Source: Methanotrichaceae archaeon
GTDB lineage: Archaea > Halobacteriota > Methanosarcinia > Methanotrichales > Methanotrichaceae
DNA: 24,745 bases
Reading direction: 5' to 3'
Assembly: GCA_963754945.1 (NCBI GenBank)
Contig: CAVWIG010000054.1
Location: forward strand, 1-24,745
Shown here: in pieces, positions 16,473 through 24,745 of the stretch
How positions within the stretch are numbered: position 1 is the first letter of the stretch
How the letters are laid out: every line of letters starts with the position of its first letter
Program-made: the position numbers and the translations under genes
The notes under the pieces: model-generated
What the model saw: only the letters and a program-made list of their open reading frames with translations
Database searches by the model: none
What the model was told of the DNA's origin: nothing

Positions 16473-17366
16473 TCAACCTCCAAGGTGGTTGACGGCTTCG
16501 TGGGATCTTGCCTGGGTTAGTATCAGCAACCGATCCCGCGAATTGACGTTCCGTACCTTAGAGAATATTCGATATCTTTTGTCCACAGGTGTGAAGAGGT
16601 TGTAGTGGGAGAGTAGAAGCTCTGACTTGCCTAGAAATAGATAGCCTTTATCGTTTAGGGCGAAATGAAAGTTAGCAACTATTTTCTTTTGGGACACTGA
16701 GTTGAAGTACATCAATGTATTGCGGCAGATGAGAAGGTCTAGCTTTGAGATTGGTGGGTCCTTGAGCAGATCATGTCTTCCGAATAGGATCGAACGGCGT
16801 AGATCCCTGCGAAATTCGAAGTTGTCCTTGGAAGGCTCAAAATATTTTTGCCGTAGAGGCGATGAGATCTCTTGAAGGTCGGCGGTTTTATAGGTCCCCT
16901 GGCGTGCCTGGGCAAGTGCCACCTCATCTATATCTGTGGCATAGATCTTAACGCTACTTCTAAACAAGTCATCTCCCAGGGCCTCCGCTAGCACCATGGC
17001 AATGGTGTAGCTTTCTTCGCCAGATGCGCAGCCAGGATTCCAGACCTTGATGGGATGGTTTTCCTCCTTTTCAGCGATTATTTTGTGGAGTATCGCTTTG
17101 GCAAGGTAATCCCAGGCTTCTGGATCTCGGAAAAAGGATGTCACATTGATTAGGATAGTATTGAAAAGCTCGGAAAACTCTTCAGGATGGACCTGAAGGT
17201 AATCCTTGTACCTGCCGAAATCCTCTATCCCAAGCATTTTCATGCGTTTACTTACCCTACGAAAAATAGTAGGGCGCTTGTACCCTGTGATCTGAAATCC
17301 ATGGTGCTGCTGAAGATATTCCAGCAGCGCCTCGAACATCTCATCCTTGACATTCAAACTATTCAA
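16473..17366 (-). CDS. cheR: CheR-type protein-glutamate O-methyltransferase
   Basis: INVTSFFRD, GCASGEESY, IYATDID, CRNTLMYF. Confidence 0.93.
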   Translation of the reverse strand: MNSLNVKDEMFEALLEYLQQHHGFQITGYKRPTIFRRVSKRMKMLGIEDFGRYKDYLQVHPEEFSELFNTILINVTSFFRDPEAWDYLAKAILHKIIAEKEENHPIKVWNPGCASGEESYTIAMVLAEALGDDLFRSSVKIYATDIDEVALAQARQGTYKTADLQEISSPLRQKYFEPSKDNFEFRRDLRRSILFGRHDLLKDPPISKLDLLICRNTLMYFNSVSQKKIVANFHFALNDKGYLFLGKSELLLSHYNLFTPVDKRYRIFSKVRNVNSRDRLLILTQARSHEAVNHLGG

Positions 17367-17986
17367 GCTATGTGTCCTCCATTGACCAAGGATACGAGAG
17401 CGGAAGGGACCTCGTCAATGGACAAGATGAAATCCGCATTCTCAGTCTTGATGACTGAGCCGGGCATGCCAAAAAACTCCGAAGTTGTCTCATCCGGGAC
17501 TATTACAGTGCCATTCATATTCATAATAGCCTGCACACACATGGTGCCATCCCTGCCCGTGCCGGTTAGCACGACGGCAATGGCACGATCCTTATAGCTT
17601 GCTGCCACATATTCGAACAGCAAGTCTGCAGAAGGCCGCACAAAATTAACAAGCTCCGACGAAGAAAGTGATATCGTGCCATCTGGGTTAACCAGGAGAT
17701 GCCGGTCTGGTTTGGCGGTGTACACAGTCGATGGGCTCAAGATGTCTCCTTCCTCTGCCTGCTTTACGCTCATGAGGGTATAACTGTTCAGGATGTCAGC
17801 CATTAAGCTGTCGTGTCTGGGATCCGTGTGCTGTACGATCACGATCGCCGCCGGAAAGTCGGCGGAAAGGTGGGATAAGACTTTTTTTATGGCTGCTAGC
17901 CCGCCTGCAGATGCTGCTATTGCCACTACGTCGAAAGCGGTGTCATCAAAATGCACAGGAGAAGGCTTATGGTCCGTCATGTTCAT
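17363..17986 (-). CDS. cheB: Stand-alone CheB methylesterase domain (no receiver)
   Basis: Ser-His-Asp triad motifs ASAGG, VQH, LTGTGRDG; RPSAD; 4-bp overlap with cheR. Confidence 0.92.
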   Translation of the reverse strand: MNMTDHKPSPVHFDDTAFDVVAIAASAGGLAAIKKVLSHLSADFPAAIVIVQHTDPRHDSLMADILNSYTLMSVKQAEEGDILSPSTVYTAKPDRHLLVNPDGTISLSSSELVNFVRPSADLLFEYVAASYKDRAIAVVLTGTGRDGTMCVQAIMNMNGTVIVPDETTSEFFGMPGSVIKTENADFILSIDEVPSALVSLVNGGHIA

Positions 17987-18434
17987 GCCTGGGTTGTATC
18001 TACCTTTGACATCTCTAACTTAATTGGAGTTCAAAGGGTGAAAAGCTTCCGCTTGATAACCTTGTACGATAGCATGAACACTGACTTGACCATAATGCAT
18101 AAATGGTCGAGTACGATGCATCTTTTTGTGACTCAACTGATCACAGCGTCAAGCCCAAATGAGCAAACAACAGCATTATCAGTTTCTCCGAATCAACTGC
18201 GTTATGTCGGAGTCGATGAATCTCTGCGCAAAATTTTCCTTGATGTGATATCAAACCTTGATTGAATTCTTCTTCCTTTCCGGATCAATCAAATATCAAT
18301 ATCAATATCATTTCGAGTTCCTGTAATCAACATATGACGAACCCTTGCAGACGGCATTGGCTGGCTTCTAGAGTCAAAATTGCCTGGATGACCGATCTGG
18401 TTTTGAATAAAAAAGGATATCTCATTCCACGGAG

Positions 18435-18533
18435 CTATTTTATGAATAGGGCCGACAATGCATAGATAGGCAGCATAAAACACACCAGGAACGATACGAT
18501 TATCAATACGATAGCTACAGCGTTATCTCCCAT
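18435..18533 (-). CDS. 32-aa hydrophobic single-pass peptide (not in the ORF track)
   Basis: MGDNAVAIVLIIVSFLVCFMLPIYALSALFIK; GGAGGT 5 nt before the ATG. Confidence 0.6.
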   Translation of the reverse strand: MGDNAVAIVLIIVSFLVCFMLPIYALSALFIK

Positions 18534-18647
18534 AAAGGACCTCCATCGATCAACTGTCTTAGTAGGAAGTGGTATTAATTAGTATCGGATCGGAACCATG
18601 CCATTCCGCCAATACCTTTAACTATCTTAAATGAGACACAATTAAAT

Positions 18648-19745
18648 GTGCGATCGATCCAGAAGAGCGGAACGAAGGGGCATGGGGGCAAACTGGACAG
18701 AACTAAGGCGACAGGTGCGAAATATCTGCGACTCAAACCCGCGGGTTATCCACTTAAAAGTCTTTTTCAGGAGTATCCCGTAGTTTCAGAGCCCAAGCTC
18801 TTCGAGCTTTACGCCAGGGAACAGTGGTACGGCGAGGCTGTGAAACCCGGATGCTACCTCTTCGACCGGAGGCTCTATCCAGACTTCGCCTTTAAGGTGG
18901 TGCAGGTCTACCCGCGATTCTCAGTGGTTGGATCGGAGACAATAATTACCGTCGAGCAGAAGGCCGAGGCGGCCAAGATACAGTACGATGTGAGCTTCGA
19001 AGACGTAGTGGGCCAGGAGAATGCGAAAAGAAAGGTGAAGATCATCGAGAGATTCCTGGCAGATCCGGGGAAGTTCGGAAAGTGGGCCCCCAGGAACGTG
19101 CTCTTCTACGGCGTCTCTGGAACAGGTAAGACCATGATCGCCAAAGCTCTAGCAGCTCAGACAAAGGTCCCACTCTTGCCCGTCAAGGCCACTTCCCTGA
19201 TAGGGGAGTTCGTCGGAGAAGGAGCCAAGCAGATCCACAGCCTCTATGAAAGGGCTGAAGGGATCGCACCGTGCATAATCTTCATAGATGAGCTGGACGC
19301 CATTGCACTAGATAGACATTACCAGGATCTGCGCGGTGATGTCTCGGAGATTGTCAACTCACTTCTCACCGAGATGGACGGCATCCAGAAGAGGAATGGC
19401 GTCTGTACTATTGCAGCCACCAACAAAATAGAGTTCCTGGACAGCTCAATCCGCTCTAGGTTTGAGGAAGAGATAGAGTTCAAGCTTCCCACAGCGGAGG
19501 AGAGGCGTATTATCCTGGAAAAGAATGCTGAAACGCTGCCGTTAGAGCTGGACGGTGTGGATCTCGGAACTATAGCCAAGCTGTCAGAGGGATTCTCTGG
19601 TAGGGATCTCACCGAGAAGGTGCTGAAGGTGGCCCTTCATCAGGCCATTTTCGAGAACGGCAAGATCACCCAGCGTCACCTCGAAGACATCATCCTCCGG
19701 ACCAAGAAAGGGGTTCGTGAGCCTCCAAAAGAAATGTTCACTTAA
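18648..19745 (+). CDS. AAA+ ATPase of the AMA (Archaeoglobus/methanogen) type
   Basis: N-terminal GYPL motif, WAPRNVLFYG, Walker A GVSGTGKT, Walker B IIFIDE, IRSRF. Confidence 0.9.
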   Translation: MRSIQKSGTKGHGGKLDRTKATGAKYLRLKPAGYPLKSLFQEYPVVSEPKLFELYAREQWYGEAVKPGCYLFDRRLYPDFAFKVVQVYPRFSVVGSETIITVEQKAEAAKIQYDVSFEDVVGQENAKRKVKIIERFLADPGKFGKWAPRNVLFYGVSGTGKTMIAKALAAQTKVPLLPVKATSLIGEFVGEGAKQIHSLYERAEGIAPCIIFIDELDAIALDRHYQDLRGDVSEIVNSLLTEMDGIQKRNGVCTIAATNKIEFLDSSIRSRFEEEIEFKLPTAEERRIILEKNAETLPLELDGVDLGTIAKLSEGFSGRDLTEKVLKVALHQAIFENGKITQRHLEDIILRTKKGVREPPKEMFT

Positions 19746-19894
19746 ATGCATTCCCATTTTGCAGAGAGACATTTTTCTGGCGTTTGTCTTTGAGCTCCAG
19801 GAAAGCATCCATCGGGCCTCTTTTCAGGTTGTTGATTGTTTAGTGCCAATAGTAAGGACTTTGTACTTTCAGGTCTAGATTCTCAGGAGGTTGC

Positions 19895-20398
19895 ATGTGG
19901 AGGGAGATTTTAGATAAGTTCCGGCGTTTTCCTGCTCAGGAGAAGGTGATCCGGCTCATCCTGCAAAGGGGTTTCCAGGTCAACGAGGAAGGCCGTGTGG
20001 TTTCAGGGGGGATTGAGATACCCCACGCCCAGATAGCCAAAGAGCTGGACGTGGACAGAAGAGTTGTGGACACCACCGGCACGGCTATACGAGAGGATGA
20101 AGAGCTGTGGAAGATCTTCAGGAACGTCCGGTCCATGACTTTCCTGGGAGAGGTGGCGCCAGTACTAGGCTTGGGCGTGATCGAGATTACGCCTGTGAAC
20201 GCCTCTAAGACAGGGATTCTGGGAAACGTCGCGAGTGCTGTAGCTAGCCACGGTTTAAGCATTCGCCAGGCAGTATCAGATGATCCTTACTTTGTTGAAG
20301 ATCCTAAGCTGACGATAATCACAGAGGGCAAAATACCTGGGGACCTAGTTAGACTGCTGATGGAGATAGAAGGGGTAAAGAGGGTTACAGTGTATTGA
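19895..20398 (+). CDS. Archaeal ACT-domain putative regulator of amino-acid metabolism
   Basis: HTH-like IAKELDVDRRVVD and C-terminal ACT (GILGNVA..SIRQAVSDDP); GGAGGT ribosome site. Confidence 0.85.
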   Translation: MWREILDKFRRFPAQEKVIRLILQRGFQVNEEGRVVSGGIEIPHAQIAKELDVDRRVVDTTGTAIREDEELWKIFRNVRSMTFLGEVAPVLGLGVIEITPVNASKTGILGNVASAVASHGLSIRQAVSDDPYFVEDPKLTIITEGKIPGDLVRLLMEIEGVKRVTVY

Positions 20399-20450
20399 GA
20401 GCATGCGTGGCGGATGAAGACGAGAATGCTTTCATGCTATGCGAAGAGCT

Positions 20451-20690
20451 CTAACGCGATATTACTGCACCTGCTATGAGAAGCAAAATTCCCAGCGCAA
20501 TAACCAGCAGGCCGGGGAAAGTCGTCTCCACCTGGAACTTTGTGGAGCCGGCCTCGGCACCAATGAGCTTGAAGCTGTGGTTCTGCATATCCTTGCCGTT
20601 TCCCTCCATCACCTGTACTCCGACCAAAGCTATGCCGGTAATGACTACAAGAACCCCAATGAGAATTGCAACGTTTCCCCCGTTCATCAC
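20451..20690 (-). CDS. Small two-pass membrane protein, unknown function
   Basis: Two hydrophobic segments around a polar loop; AGGAAGG upstream of the GTG. Confidence 0.65.
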   Translation of the reverse strand: MMNGGNVAILIGVLVVITGIALVGVQVMEGNGKDMQNHSFKLIGAEAGSTKFQVETTFPGLLVIALGILLLIAGAVISR

Positions 20691-20808
20691 GACCCTTCCT
20701 TAGTCCCATTATTGAAGCTTCAGCGTATAACTTTTTGCCTACTATTATTCTAAACAGTCAAAAGATGCCCAATAAGGTTTTTACCCTAGCAGAGCCATTG
20801 GCCTTGGG

Positions 20809-22292
20809 ATGTTCAACAAGATCCTGATCGCCAACCGAGGAGAGATCGCCATAAGGGTCATGAGGGCCTGCAGGGAGCTAGGGATCTCCACTGTGGCCGT
20901 CTATTCCGAGGCGGACAAGAACGCCCTGTTCGCCAAGTACGCAGACGAAGCGGTTTATGTTGGCCCGTCTCCTTCCTCTCAGAGCTATCTGAAGATAGAC
21001 AACATCATCAAGGCTGCACTGGAGACGGGGGCCGAGGCAATCCACCCAGGCTACGGCTTCCTGTCGGAGAACACCCACTTTGCTAGTGCCTGCGAGGAGA
21101 ACGGCATTGTTTTCATAGGGCCTCCAAGCCGTGCAATCGACGCAATGGGATCGAAGATCACGGCCCGCCAGACCATGAAGAAGGCCGGTGTGCCCATAGT
21201 CCCCGGCATAGAGGAGGGATATCAGATCCTGATGAGGCCACAGAGATCGCGGAGAACATAGGTTATCCCATCATCCTCAAGCCTGCCGCCGGAGGCGGCG
21301 GAATTGGCATGAAGATCGTCCAAAGCAGGGAGGAGCTACAGCCTGCACTGGCCTCTGCCCAGTCCATTGCTCGCTCCGCCTTTGGAGACGATACAATCTA
21401 TATCGAGAAGTACCTGACAGAGCCAAGACACATTGAGTTCCAGATCCTCGCAGACAAGTTGGGCAACACAATCTACGTCTCCGACAGAGAGTGTTCGATC
21501 CAGCGCCGTCACCAGAAGCTCATAGAGGAATCGCCCTCGCCGGTAATGACCCCAGAACTCCGAGAGCAGATGGGCTCCATCGCCGTACAGGCTGCCAAGG
21601 CAATAGGCTACGTGAGTGCGGGAACGGTCGAGTTCATGTACTCCAAAGGTGACTTCTATTTCCTGGAGATGAACACCAGGCTCCAGGTTGAGCACCCCAT
21701 AACAGAGATGGTCACTGGGGTGGACCTGGCAAAAGAACAGATCATGATTGCTTCAGGAGAGCCATTGAACTACTCCCAGAACGACATGACCATAAGAGGC
21801 TGGGCAATTGAGTGCAGGATAAACGCCGAGGACCCTCTGAACGACTTCATCCCATCGCCGGGAAGGATCAGCAGGTATAGGAGTCCTGGCGGCCCTGGGA
21901 TAAGAGTGGACAGCGGAGTTTACAACGGTTATGTGATACCGCCTTTCTACGATTCCCTGATCTCTAAATTGGTGGCACACGGTAAAGACAGAACGGAGGC
22001 CATAGCCCGCATGGAAAGAGCCCTCTTTGAGTACATAATCGTGGGCGTGCATACCAACCTAGTATTCCACAAGGCTGTAATGAGGAATGCGAGGTTCAGG
22101 AGTGGCGACATCAATACCAACTTCATCAAAGAAGAGAACATCCTGGAGAAGGTAAAGGAGGTTGCCAAAGAGGATTACGAAAAAGGGAAGTCCTTGGCCT
22201 CCGCTCTTGGTGCAGATACCAGGAAAGTTGCCGCCATCTCCGCTGCTGTGGGTACATACATGACACAACAAAAGGCCAATGGGAAGGTGTAG
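20809..22292 (+). CDS. pycA: Biotin carboxylase (pyruvate carboxylase subunit A type), apparent frameshift near 21217
   Basis: [42 protein letters not shown]; adding one G at 21216-21218 restores [27 protein letters not shown]. Confidence 0.88.
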
Positions 22293-22293
22293 A

Positions 22294-23248
22294 TTGGGAT
22301 CGGACTTGTTGAGTTACCTTGAATCCGGATCATGGGTGTCAGGAGAGGAAATAGCATCGGAACTCGGTGTTTCCAGAGCAGCCGTCTGGAAACAGGTCCA
22401 AGCATTGCGCACAAAAGGCTACAAGATCGAGTCCTCAACAAACAAAGGCTATCGCCTGGGTGCAAACCAGGATGTACTGGACCCAGCGATGATTCTAAAA
22501 TGCCTGGAGACGGATTTCGTTGGAAAGACCTGCGTTACTTCCGAGAGGTGAGATCCACAAACGAGACCGCCAGGCAGATTGCCGCCAATTGTGGGAATGG
22601 TACCGTTGTACTGGCAGAGGTTCAGACCAACGGCAAAGGAAGACTATCCAGACCGTGGCATTCGCCTTCCGGCGGAATCTGGATGAGCCTGGTCTTGAAG
22701 CCGGAGATACCCATGGCTCAAGCTTATCGGATCAACATGGCAGTGAGCGTTGCCATCGCCAGAGCAATGTTGCGCCTGTACGGCATAAAAGCGGGCATAA
22801 AATGGCCCAACGATCTTCTTGTCAACGATCGAAAGCTATGCGGCATTCTGATGGAAGTCAGCGCTGAGACAGACCGCCTTGAGTATGTCGTGGTGGGCGT
22901 AGGAATAAATGCAAACGTTGATGTGAATAATTATCCAAGCAACTGGAACGCCACGTCCCTTTCCAGGGAAACGGGCAGCCAGGTTTCCAGAACCAAATTA
23001 ATACAGACACTGTTGATAGAGATAGAAAAGGCCTACAAACAAATGGGATCGCGAGATACATATATGGAGTGGCGGGACCGATCTGTCACTCTTGGCCGTC
23101 GTGTGCGCATAACTTCCTCGGATGGCGACCTTGAGGGTCAGGCAGTATGCCTTTCGGAGGATGGGGTTCTCGGAATTGAGCTGGCTGGAGAACCAGGGGT
23201 AATAAGCGCATAGTGGCCGGAGACTGCATTCATCTAAGGGCTCTGTGA
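22294..23248 (+). CDS. birA: Biotin protein ligase with N-terminal HTH (BirA), two apparent frameshifts
   Basis: SGEEIASELGVSRAAVWK, QTNGKGRLSRPW, KWPND; one base missing at 22524-22526 and at 23196-23199; corrected end IVAGDCIHLRAL. Confidence 0.9.
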
Positions 23249-23250
23249 TC

Positions 23251-23731
23251 ATGAAAAGAGACACGTCCAAGGCATAGCCAGGGATACGTTGGATTCATAC
23301 TTGAGGCGTCCAGTTCATCTATGCCTGATGAGTTCGCGGGGTTGCTTCAGGCTGATAACGAAATAATCACGGAAGTGCTCATACTGCCCGGCACGGAGTC
23401 TTCCAGGATGAGCGCCCTGATCCGGCTCTACATGCTGCCTAACATGCAGGTGGCTGGAACTGCGCACAGTCATCCTTCCTCCGATATCAGACCTTCCAAG
23501 CAGGACATCGTCTTCTTCTCACGCACCGGGACTATAACATAATTGTCGGCCCGCCTTTCAACGAACAAAGCTTCGCCTGCTATGATTGGCGCGGGAAGGC
23601 GGCGCGATTTGGCCATTTTAGATGTGGAGTTTAAAGACGATGGCTTTGATGACGATTTCGATGATGAATTTGATGACGAATTCAAAGAGGACAGGGGCCT
23701 TGACGCTTGTAGTCGCCACTGGTACCTTTGA
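23251..23731 (+). CDS. JAMM/MPN (Mov34) metalloprotein, several apparent frameshifts
   Basis: PDEFAGLL and HSHPSSDIRPSKQD; other frames give VQGIARDTL, ILEAS and DYNIIVGPPF; ends uncertain. Confidence 0.8.
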
Positions 23732-24127
23732 CCTTCTCCATCCTGGCCACGTCCTCTACCTGGAGCACTCTTAGGAGCGTTAGGTGACGAGCTGGTGGTA
23801 ATTGTTGCCAGGGATGTGAATGTGCGCCACAAGCCCAAGCCCGTCCTGCCTGAGGAGCAGAGGCTGAGAATGGTCCAGGCGTTAAAAGTCGTAGATCAAG
23901 CTATTCTAGGGGATGAAAAGGACCTCTTTCGGCCCATAGAGCAGCTTCGGCCTGACATAATAACCCTTGGCTTCGATCAGCACTTCAATCCGGCCATATT
24001 GGAAGAGGAGATGGCAAGGCTAGGCCTTCACCCAAAGGTGGTCAGAGTCACAACCCAGGACTCCTGCGACCTGTGCAGCTCTAGAAAGATCGTGGCTAAG
24101 GTTCTTGAAATTCACAAAAATCGATGA
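23700..24127 (+). CDS. ribL: Archaeal FAD synthetase, apparent frameshift near 23770
   Basis: TTG start gives MTLVVATGTFDLLHPGH; second frame gives LGDELVVIVARD, PDIITLGFDQ, CSSRKI. Confidence 0.85.
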
Positions 24128-24147
24128 AGGCGGATGCCGTCAGATAC

Positions 24148-24154
24148 TTATATA
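24148..24154 (+). promoter_or_regulatory. TATA box for a probably leaderless coaD transcript
   Basis: TTATATA ends 24 bp before ATG 24178; no ribosome site visible. Confidence 0.5.
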
Positions 24155-24177
24155 GACATCTCATCTCCGAGAGCCAT

Positions 24178-24642
24178 ATGGCCAGAGTTGCGGTAGGTGG
24201 CACTTTTGATCCCCTTCACGACGGGCATCTGTCGTTGCTGAGGAGAGCTTTCGAGCTTGGCAGAGGTGACACCGTTGTGATAGCCCTAACATCGGATGAA
24301 ATGGCCAGGGATCACCGGACTCGCCCGGTTCACGATTACGAGATCAGGCTCAAGAACTTAAAAGGCTGCATACAGAGGGAGTTCGGTGCACAGAACTACA
24401 AGGTGGAGAAGCTGAACGACCTGTGCGGATCTGCAATTTACGATGACTTCGACTACATCGTGGTCTCCCCTGAGACCGAGCCCGTGGCCGAGAGAATAAA
24501 CAAGCTCAGAACGGAAAAGGGCCACAATCCCATAGAAATATCGCTAATAGAGTACCGACTTGCTCAGGACAACATCAGAATCAGCTCCACCAGAATCTCA
24601 GAGGGCAAGATCGACCGACACGGAAAAGTGCTGATCGGTTAA
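24178..24642 (+). CDS. coaD: Archaeal phosphopantetheine adenylyltransferase
   Basis: VAVGGTFDPLHDGH, LTSDE, IVVSPET, ISSTRI; ATG 24178 preferred to 24124. Confidence 0.9.
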   Translation: MARVAVGGTFDPLHDGHLSLLRRAFELGRGDTVVIALTSDEMARDHRTRPVHDYEIRLKNLKGCIQREFGAQNYKVEKLNDLCGSAIYDDFDYIVVSPETEPVAERINKLRTEKGHNPIEISLIEYRLAQDNIRISSTRISEGKIDRHGKVLIG

Positions 24643-24745
24643 TTGGCCTGAACAATTTTAAGATTTCTTTTGTATGATACAAAAAAATGATGCCTTATCG
24701 TTCCTATAGACATTTGGTACTGCAGGCTGGAAGGATATTCCAAAT

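Noticed and set aside
10197-17986. Signalling island as a mobile element
   Set aside because: No transposase, integrase, tRNA or terminal repeats were seen.
17951-18483. ORFs 17951-18265, 18262-18465, 18289-18483 and the (ATATCA)3 repeat
   Set aside because: No recognisable homology or start signals; the microrepeat is too short to interpret.
21210-21310. Programmed frameshifting in pycA or birA
   Set aside because: No slippery heptamer is evident, and many similar homopolymer indels occur nearby.
23772-23774. In-frame TAG in ribL as a pyrrolysine codon
   Set aside because: Homology continues in a different frame, so it is an indel and not readthrough.

Overview
Archaeal chromosomal DNA, most consistent with a methanogen of the Methanosarcinia (Methanothrix/Methanosarcina-like). 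Host assignment is inference from an AMA-type AAA ATPase, archaeal RibL/CoaD, MEDS and DUF835 proteins, BRE/TATA promoters and GGAGGTGA ribosome sites. From 1.8 to 9.6 kb the minus strand carries a large gas-vesicle cluster: gvpA x4, gvpC-like, gvpN, unknown, gvpO, gvpF, gvpG, gvpH-like fragment, basic gvpI-like, gvpJ with Zn ribbon, Hsp20/gvpH, gvpK, gvpL, gvpM. No gvpD/gvpE regulators are recognisable in the window. Divergent from it across a 588-bp intergenic region is a signalling island (10.2-18.0 kb): CheY-like receiver, PAS histidine kinase, DUF835 protein with an 8-Cys insert, a decayed kaiC fragment, a MEDS-PAS hybrid kinase and a convergent orphan cheB-cheR pair. The best candidate for an undescribed system is this island acting as a sensory controller of buoyancy, but that rests on adjacency only. 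The right end is housekeeping (AMA ATPase, ACT regulator, biotin carboxylase, biotin ligase, JAMM protein, ribL, coaD), with a cluster of mostly homopolymer indels that look like sequencing errors. All calls are from manual motif reading; no database search was run.
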